The translations under genes and the position numbers were made by a program. A DNA stretch of 64,000 nucleotides from Flaccisagitta enflata (taxonomy: Eukaryota), in the NCBI GenBank assembly GCA_965153355.1, contig OZ231126.1:49166001-49230000 (forward strand), in the 5' to 3' direction. Shown in pieces: positions 54,877 to 64,000 of this stretch (positions within the stretch are counted from its first letter, which is position 1; every line of letters starts with the position of its first letter). The notes under the pieces are model-generated. The model saw only the letters and a program-made list of their open reading frames with translations, made no database searches and was not told where the DNA came from.

Positions 54877-56073
54877 GCTATCTATCTTTCTTTCTTTCTT
54901 TGTTTCTTTTTCTCTTTCTTTCTAAATCACTCACTCAATCATACACACGCTCACACACAACTACAGTTGAAAGTTTCAACTTGAAACCCACAATAACGGA
55001 TGTCAGGGAGGCAATGAATTAATTGGATGGATCAACATAGTGATGGATGGACGGATGGATGGATGGACAAATGGAGAAATGAATGGATATACCCTCTGAT
55101 AGAGATGCGATGATGCATCTAAATCCTCAATATAGCTACTTATAAATGTATTTTAGGTAAAAAGGGGGATTTGAAACCAACTGGAAAAATTGTAACCCTG
55201 AGTTTTATTGGTTTCTTTCCTTGATCAGTTGATGGAATGCAAAACAATGTTGAAAATTTAAAAGAAAATCATTAAAGTATATGATAATTTTATTGGAAAA
55301 ATATAATGATTAACAATTTATGGAAAATTTTAAAAATAACAAGGCCAACACCTATAAGTCGCGTGCGAGACTTACAGATTGACTAAGAATGATTTAGAAT
55401 GGCTTAGAATGACTTAGTTTACCCTAAAATGGCTTAAAGAAATAAAATTGATAAAAAAGGTAAAATGGGGACCGACCAACCAATTGACCGACCAACCGAC
55501 GGACGGACAAAGCGGGGTGTAGAGTCGCGTGCACGCGACTAATAAATGAAAGATAAAAAATGAATTATGAAAATAAAAAAACTAAAAAAGTGAAGAATAA
55601 CAAGTGACATTTGAAAAGTGGCAACAAAATTGAAAAAAACATATGAAAGTGAAAAATGAAAATTAAAGAGTGAACAATAAAAAAAAAAAGTAAGTGAAAA
55701 ATTTGAAAAATAAAATATGAAATCAATAGAAAAAGAATAAGTATAAAGTAAAAAGTTGAATAAAGAGTAAAAGTAATATTTAAGAGGAAAAGAATAACGA
55801 ATGAAAAAAAAGTTTACAAGTTACTGCTAAACAATATAAAACTATGTAAAAAACTTAAGGATACATTTTTTTCAAAGTTGGTTTAGATTGTCTGCTTAAG
55901 TCGGCCCATTCACTGAATCGCGAAAGAAAATCTCAAAAATGGGCCTGTCAAGACTGAAGCACGACGTCGTGCTTCAGTGAAAACAAGTTTAACTTAAGCA
56001 TGAATTTCGCTATTAAGAGGATGCCCCGCTTAAGTCCCTCCACTGAAAAAAAATATGTTTGCAATAAAACTTT

Positions 56074-56155
<82 letters not shown>

Positions 56156-59100
56156 GAGACAGACAGACAGACTAGGAGAGACAGAGAGAGAAGAGAAAAC
56201 TTTTCTCAGTAGTATCAATTATTAGTTTCTTAATCATCACAATAAAGAATGGATATTGAAACGATGGAGAATTGTCAGTAGCATAAAAATGTGTAATTGT
56301 CATCGTTGACGCTACCGAGAATTCTCGGCAGCGTAAGCCACTCGTACAAATCTTTACGAATCGTTGTAGCGGAAGGTCAAAAAAATTGCCCACTCCGTTT
56401 ACATACATTCATGAAAAGAACTGCCGCTCAAAAAAGATCCTTAAAACACACTCTACTAAGTTCCGTTGCCTGAAAGCTTCGCTAGTGAACGGAATTCGTC
56501 GAGTTAGAATTAATTTTATTTTTTTCAAAGACGAAGACGCTCAGTCCAAGGAGTAAAAACGCAATGCTGTTAGCAAGATGATATCAAAGGATGGATTTGT
56601 CATTAATATTCCACGTGAGGAGCTTTGCTTTAGAATCTATAGACTAGTACTGAATAGCTTTCTAATGAAAAAAATGTTTCATGTGATTACGGTCAAAGTA
56701 ATCATGTGATCGGCATACAACTCACCCAGGATTTGTCCAGGGGTTGGATGGTTATTCATGCAAAATTTCAGAAAATATCATAGAATACTTTATTGGCTAC
56801 GCTGATTTGAAATTTTTGGATAGGTAGGCTGGTTCAGCTGGTTGCAATATCTGAAATTTCTTGAATCTTCACATATTAGTAAACAAGGTCAAATAATGTT
56901 ACCATACAAAAAATCAAGTCAATCCGTCAATCCGTTCAAGAGATATGAGCTTTCAAAGTTTGGGTAAAAAAAGTCACGACGATTTCCACCACGTAGAGAA
57001 AAAAAGTCACAAACACGTTATGTTCTCAGACTTAATGTATTTCACGCTTGAGCGCTCATAAAATTATGAACTATGTTTCTCCTTTTGCTTGCCACACCTG
57101 AAATATTAGGAGCATAGGAAAAGTAAGAACAACCGAGGAAAGTGTAAATGCTAGGCTTTCTAATGATGTAAAATTTGATAGTATTATTTTTAAGAATATA
57201 GCAACACGGTCACTCCCTTCAGACCGGCCACCTTAAAAGTTGAATCGGTAAATCCCTCTAGACAGGTGAAGACAAGCGAAGGTTTAAATCTAGATAAGTT
57301 GTAAGTTTGTATCGTTTGCAACGGAGATCGGTAAGCCGGGAAGTCAGGGTAATAACTTTTGTTTCATTTACCTAACAACCAGGAGGCCGCCCTTGGAAAC
57401 GTAACCACAATTCTCTCATGCGTAGTTCTTGAGTCTGGGGGCATCCCATCTCAACCCCCATCGATTGGGCACCATGGTGATTGAGTCGAAAAGCGGAAAA
57501 ATAAGCGTTTCAAGTACTTTTTCAATGAATGTTTGTGTGTGGAGCTAGGGGATTGGAGTGTGGTTGAGGGCTGGACGCCCCTGCACACCCGTCCGCAACG
57601 ATATTGTGATCCCGCGTCACTTGTTTTCAAAACCTCAATGGAGTGTGATCGCTAGCTTTCTAAAATGCTACAGTAGATGTCGTCTGGAAATACGGGGAAC
57701 TCATAAATAGAATACCAGTTATTAATTAAAAATAAAATTGTGAGTGCAATGCTTAGATTCTTAGGGGTTAACTATAAGGTATGGTAGTCCATTGAATCAC
57801 AATTAGTAGAATAATAATTGTGAATTAAAATGTCTTCTCTTTGAATGTGACAAGTTTAAATCTATAATAAGATTCAAAATTTGAGTTGATTATTTTTTTC
57901 TCATTTTTACATCTAAATATTTTTTCTTTAGGTAAGCTATAAAGGGATGCCATACTTAATTGTTAATCCCTCAAACGCGAAATAGTTAAAAAAATAAAAC
58001 ATTTATCTACCTTCATGATAAATATACAAACAATGAGTTCCCCATGTCTGGGCGACATCTGCTGAGCTGTATCATGTAAGAGGAGACGGGAAACAAACAT
58101 AAGACTTCTAAAATATCGCCTTGCGATACCATGTGTATTTAACAAAACCGATAATAAAAAGTTTAACAAACAATAAAGGAAATCTTTTAAAAATAAGAAT
58201 GCTGTGATTGTAAAATAATATTCTCGAGAATAATAGAAATAATACATATAACGACTATTCGTTAGACCGTAATGCTGATTTAGCTGTTATGTAAAGATAA
58301 CGCGTGACTATTTTATGACGAATACTCAGGAAATCGGAAAACAAAACAAAATAAAGCAAAACATCGTCTGAAACGTAATAAAAAAACAGAGAGCGGATCA
58401 GTTTTGTGGTGGAAGATCTCGAGATCTCCAGACCCATCACGGGCCGTATGGACATGCAACACTGTGGTATTGGACATTATCACGAATCTTATCAGAAAAT
58501 AATTGTAAGTTAAGCATAAGGAGCGGCCTGGATTGAAGCAGTTATCGGAGATAGTCACTGTTGCACAAATGGCCATTTTGGAGTAATCGTTACCATGGTT
58601 GATAGATTGAGTTACAGATGTAAATGTCCTATTCTATATTCAACCGTGTAATGACTGATGTCGTCCTAAAACCACAATGCGCAAGCCCCTTTGTGCAATG
58701 CACACTTTGCAAACGATAGAATTTTAAACAATAACAACCTTTCATTTGTAATTCTTGGCGTTGACTAGATCATTAGTCCCATAAAAAGCGATGATTTCAG
58801 AAGCAGCCGTATGGCAAATTAGTATCACTCATTTTAGGCCAAATCATCACCTTTTTTAAGTAAAAAAATAAGATAAAACAAATATTTTTGGTGGAATATC
58901 AACGGATTTGGACCCAGGCGGAATTATTTTACGATTGTTTCTTTTTTTTGTTCGGTCCCAAATTCATGAAATCATATCAACAAATGACGGTGGGTAATAT
59001 TTGTAGCCTTGAGTGTTGAATCTCATTTGAATTTCTTATCGATGGATTCTCTTTGCAGCAAAAAATCTATGGACTATGGTATAACTACGTCCCAACTAAG

Positions 59101-59292
59101 AACATGCGTAATAGACTTTTTCGCAACGCTCCTCGCAAAGCTGTAGTCAAATGGCTGAATTTGAGAAGGTACCAAAACCTAATGAATGATCACGGACGCT
59201 GATCACATCTGTCGTGTAAACAACGCTACATTCAAATAAATCTCTATGTCTTCGGACATGGTGGGATTTGCTTTGATGTGGCTAAAGAATTC

Positions 59293-59486
59293 TTATTGAG
59301 CGAATGTTTTCGGTTTCTTTGGTTTGGAGGGTCCGTCTTGCGCGGCCGGCTTCCAGTTAGGGTCGAAGTGCTTCTTCAAAGGCGCCCAACAGCGATGATA
59401 CTCGGGGTCCACTTTGTCACAAGTCACTTCTCCCCAACGCGTCAACGCCAGACCGAGAGATGTCTCAAACATGAAGGACTGAGTGC
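59293..59486 (-). CDS. HGD: HGD terminal exon
   Basis: accag|(G)TQSFMFETSLGLALTRWGEVTCDKVDPEYHRCWAPLKKHFDPNWKPAAQDGPSKPKKPKTFAQ*; FMFE and YxxCWxxLKxHF motifs. Confidence 0.95.
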
Positions 59487-59585
59487 CTGGTAAATCACAA
59501 GATTGAAAAGAAATGCTTGTCTCTCTCTCTGTGAATCTGCCTCTGTTATATTTCTTATTTCTGTAAGTCTGCCTCTGTGTCTGTT

Positions 59586-59663
<78 letters not shown>

Positions 59664-59671
59664 CTACATAC

Positions 59672-59844
59672 CAACGGCTATTTTCTGTGGTTTCAGTTCC
59701 ATCTTGGAGTTGGCCTCGAAGCACTGCGCGTCCGGTCCATGAGGCGTCATCATGGAATGAAGCGAAGCTCCGCCCGGCAAAAATCCTTCCTCTTTAGCCT
59801 CGTAATTCCCTTTGATCAATCCCATGAATTCCGACATGCAATTT
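59672..59844 (-). CDS. HGD: HGD exon
   Basis: ttcag|(R)[64 protein letters not shown]; iron-ligand motifs HRNCMSE and PHGPD are intact. Confidence 0.96.
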
Positions 59845-60014
59845 CTGAAAGGGATAGCTCGATAATAGTCAAGCGTTTTGGCAAGGGACAATCACGAGCT
59901 AAGGGATAGGTTTTAACAGAAGACCCAGGCCATGGATGTATACACGAGCACAGACAGACAGACAGACAGACAGACAAAGAGGCAGACAGACAGTCTCACA
60001 CGCAGACACACACA

Positions 60015-60081
<67 letters not shown>

Positions 60082-60097
60082 GCACACGCACACACAC

Positions 60098-60296
60098 CTA
60101 TGGTAATAAGGAGGTCGGAAAGAGTGTTCTTGGACGGCCCATCTCGGCGGAAAAATGACGAAATCCGCGATTGCTGTTCCGGGAGAGTTGGAGGGCGCGG
60201 TCAACACGGTGAAGATGGAGGGATCAGCGTGATCGAACAAAGTAGCGTTGATCACCATAAAGTGGTCCAAATTGTACTTGTATGGGTGGTAATTGC
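60098..60296 (-). CDS. HGD: HGD exon
   Basis: cacag|(G)[73 protein letters not shown]. Confidence 0.96.
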
Positions 60297-60368
60297 CTGT
60301 GTTGAATATTGAGTGAAAAAAAAACGGAGAGTAAGAAAAAATTGGATAATTTATGCGGCATGAACGAA

Positions 60369-60600
60369 AACAAGGCTGGAAACACGGCTACCCCAGTCGC
60401 GTGCGGGTAGGCAAGGGCCGTAATTGAGGTCAATGCATCATTTGGGCAGGAGCAGTGAGGCCAGAGACCGCAAAAACCCAAAAAAAGTAAAGTGTGACGG
60501 ACGGACGGACGGACGGACGGACGGATGGACGGACGGACCGACAGACGGACCGACGGACTGACAAAGCGGCGTGTAGAGTCGCGTAGCACGCGACTAAAAA
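60369..60600 (-). mobile_element. Family A element in an HGD intron (relatives at 15016-15226, 30819-31030)
   Basis: AGTCGCGTGC/GCACGCGACT subTIRs, (GACG)n, shared core atttgggcagg.gc.gtgaggcca. Confidence 0.87.
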
Positions 60601-60852
60601 TATGACCATTCGTTGATTTCTCAAAAGTCGACAGGGCCTCTCCACACACACAAACTACCACAACTGCGACATCAAAAGGCGCGTTTTCACACTTTCTTAC
60701 ATGAGTGTGATCAATTGTCGGACGGACGGACAAACGAATGAACGGCCAAAGCTTCTCGTAGAGAAGCTAGTCCGCGACTTAAAACTATCAAACAGACGGA
60801 ACAACCGACAAGTACATGAATTTGATGTCAAAATGCATATCAATGATGTTAC

Positions 60853-60980
60853 CGTGCCATGCGACGACATCGAAAGGCGAGTTGGTCTGCCGGGCGCAGA
60901 AAAGAGAATTTTGATACTTGGATATGATTTGGAATTCGCAGTCGCGATCCTCGAACCAGGCGCTCGGAGCGCTGAAGTCT
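60853..60980 (-). CDS. HGD: HGD exon
   Basis: aacag|A-DFSAPSAWFEDRDCEFQIISKYQNSLFCARQTNSPFDVVAWH-G|GTAACA; phases 2/1. Confidence 0.95.
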
Positions 60981-61135
60981 CTGTTAAGTTAAGCACGATG
61001 ATGAATTTGACGGTGAGGCATGGAACGAATAAAATGCCATACAATGAAACGTCATGCTTATTCATGCCATATACACACATTCACTAACGCAAATATTGTA
61101 AATTCAATTTAATGTTGTTGTTAATGATGTTCTCG

Positions 61136-61260
<125 letters not shown>

Positions 61261-63252
61261 TATTTTCTTCTTTTTTGGGCGCCTATTCTATACTTTTACA
61301 GTGACAGAGCTGCATTCCAAGGGGCAAAAAAAAAAAACAAAAAAAAAATCAAACCTCTCCACAGATGCTTTAGGAACATGCAAACGAATACAGCCAAAAG
61401 CAGCAATTAGCACAGTAGATGTCGTCTAGACTTGGAAATACGGGGGAGATGTCGTCTAGACTTGGAAATACGGGGGAATTCATTACAGGAAGACAAATAT
61501 ACTTAAGACGTCGAATCTGCTAGGGAAAAATAAAGTGTTTCACCCCGCGTTTGTATCAATAATGGACTAATTATTCATCCACAATTGTTTTCATTTCTCA
61601 AGTTGTCACTGGATAGACTTGCTATGTACATCTGTTTCATATTTCACGCTTTAAATCGCCTATTGATAAGCAATTCTCACAGAAAATGGCAAGAAAATGA
61701 AGATTTTTAGTGAAATTTTGTTGACATTTTTTTCTGTTTTCTGAGGTCGAAATTATAAGAAGGCCACACCCAGAAAAATTTTGCATTTTCAAAAACATAG
61801 TTCTCTCTAAAAACGATTTGGGGAGAGAACTATGTTCTTTGTTTTTTCATTTTTTCATTTTCTATGCAAACTTATAATTTCGACCAACCCCTTGTCAGTG
61901 ACAAAAAAGAAATTTGTAGAAATTTTCAGTGAATTGTTTTCAGTAATTTAAGCTAAATCTGCTAATCTTGCTAAATGGATGCAAATTTTCCTTTCAAATA
62001 TCATGTATGTCTTATCTCGATCATTTTTGTTCACTTGTTTTTCTATTTTCACTCATGTATGTTTTTCATTTTGATCTATTTTGATACCCTAAATGTTGGC
62101 TTCGTAGGCACGCTGTCTTAAGAGACTGATATTTGGAATATAGACTAATAAAAGGATGCTTTATTGCCCATGGGTGTTGGTTGCCATAGAAACACATTTC
62201 TATGTATTCATGCTAAAGTAAACACATTTCTATGTATTCATGCTAAACTATCAACATTTTGAGAAATTTTTTGAGGGAACATTGTTTAAAATAAAATTTG
62301 CTACTATTTATAACAGCTCTGTGATGCTCACTAGCAACCACCAAACAAACAATTTTCTTACAGAACATACTGTGGGAAAGCTATAGCAAATTTTATTAAA
62401 AACAATGTTCTCTCAAAAAATTTCTCAAAATCTTGATACTTTGGCCTGAATTCATGAAAATGTGTTTTCATAGCAACCAACACCCATGGGCAATAAAGCA
62501 TCCTTTTATTAGTTTATAATTCAAATATCTTCCTGTTTAGAAATCCCCCGTATATCCAAGTCTAGATAACATCTACTGTAACTCGCTATAAAAAAAAAAC
62601 AAGGCCGGACACATGGCCAATAATTGGTCGCTTGTGGGTGGGCATTGGCAGTAATGTGGGTGGGTAGGGGCAGTAATGTGGGTGGGTAGGGGCTGTAATG
62701 TGGCTGGGCTGTGGGCAGGGGCCAGGGGACGTGATGCTCAGATATCATCATTTCGTCTGATTTTGAATCATCCAAAATTTCACATGACGGACCTTCGGAC
62801 CTTCTTACGTAGGGACACACTCTCTTATAGAATCGCTTAGTAAGCGACTAAAAGCGCTTGCGCGGTGCCAGTGCACAAATGTTATTTTGGTCGATTTCGA
62901 CCGCACAATGACAAAAATATTGTCAGTTGTGCCTGCCTACGCTTCCTTGTTAAACCGCAGAATTCATCCATGCATCATGCGGCTGCGAAAGATGATCTCA
63001 TTTTCTTTAACGACCTTATAGTCGGGCCAACTGAAACTCTGATCTGTACACAATGTATACCACGAGGTTGTCCGATTTCTCTGGGTTAACTTGACACAGA
63101 AGGTAATGAAAAAAAAAAAACACCAAAATGATAACGAAAACAAAATTAAGAAGTAAAATTTCTGATAACATAGAATGAGCGTTTTAAATGTCATTCACAC
63201 TTCGATTCAACCACCTTATTGACCTTAACATTTCAATATTGATTAAACAAAC

Positions 63253-63374
63253 CTGGGATTAGCCAGTCCATTTGCACCAATGGGGCCCAAATTAGGCAAC
63301 TGGAAATGAGTTCCCCAAACTTCGAGAATGTAGCCTCGGGATGGACCCTCCAGCCCAACGTGAAAACGCATGCC
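63253..63374 (-). CDS. HGD: HGD exon
   Basis: ttcag|[63 protein letters not shown] motif. Confidence 0.95.
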
Positions 63375-63759
63375 CTGAACCAATAACGAAAACCAACGAA
63401 TGAACGAATGAATGAATAAAAAACTGGTTAAGAGTCATCAATGGAGCACAAAAGAGATGGAATAAATGCATAAATGTATAAATGAATAGAAAAAAACTAA
63501 TGAATGAATGACTGAGCAGATGATTAAATGAGTTAGTGAATTAAATATTGAATCTAAAAAAAGTAACTCAGGAATGAATGAGCCAGGAGTAGGACAACCC
63601 TAATAGTCACATTCGTTGGGCAGGGGCAGTAATGCAAGAATAACGTCAAACGCTTTACAGGTCAAATGCGGAAAAGTAGCTTTCGGAGACACGAGCACGA
63701 GGCTACAATGAATCAAAAAGATTCATGTGACAACACCGCCATGACGCGACGTCAGTTAC

Positions 63760-63831
63760 CTGTTGAATGACGCAGATTTCATTCGGTTCGACTCGCAATC
63801 TCCCAAATTCGGTGGTGATGTTGAGCGCGCC
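63760..63831 (-). CDS. HGD: Homogentisate 1,2-dioxygenase, internal exon (gene continues beyond window)
   Basis: ctag|GALNITTEFGRLRVEPNEICVIQQ|GTAACT; HGD TEFG...PNEICVIQ motif. Confidence 0.93.
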
Positions 63832-63876
63832 CTAGATCATTGAAAAGATCAAAAGTGAGCATCGCCTTAACTTAAG

Positions 63877-64000
63877 TAGGGATGTGGAAGCGATTGACCG
63901 CTGGGATAGCTACTAGTATTTGAACTACAAAATGGAAGCGGAATCGGAAGCGGAAGCGGAAGCGGTGGAAGCGACGTGAAAATGGACCGCTTCCACATCC
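63877..64000. mobile_element. Small hAT-like MITE cut by the window end
   Basis: TAGGGATGTGGAAGCG ... CGCTTCCACATCC with internal (GGAAGC)n; TSD cannot be checked. Confidence 0.65.

Noticed and set aside
60697-61087. 127/128-aa ORFs overlapping the HGD exon
   Set aside because: Alternative-frame and antisense shadows; the true HGD frame is identified by conserved motifs.

Overview
Repeat-rich eukaryotic DNA, probably an invertebrate animal, with spliceosomal GT-AG introns and dense microsatellites. No prokaryotic features are present. Host genes are all on the minus strand: (1) an apparently complete 7-8 exon alkaline ceramidase (ACER/CREST family, 43012 to 28332 or 27870); (2) the last six exons of homogentisate 1,2-dioxygenase (HGD, 63831 to 59293; its 5' part lies beyond the window); (3) two or three phase-compatible exons (14585 to ~13300) resembling the C-terminal winged helix of ORC1/CDC6, with no AAA+ exons recognised. 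ACER intron 3 holds an intact-looking ~6.1 kb non-LTR retrotransposon on the plus strand, sitting in a (TC)n tract. Its ORF1 has a coiled coil, poly-Q/poly-N tracts and an SGNH esterase; its ORF2 has an APE endonuclease, an RT with WVDD and a CCHC finger. The most notable observation is that ORF1 and ORF2 share one frame and are separated by a single TAG plus 102 open, Met-free codons of acidic tripeptide repeats, suggesting stop-codon readthrough. The rest is a nested mosaic of non-autonomous Helentron/DINE-1-like elements (co-varying subterminal inverted repeats, internal tandem arrays), TA-flanked Tc1/mariner/pogo-type MITEs and hAT MITEs with 8-bp target duplications. All calls are by eye; no database searches were run.
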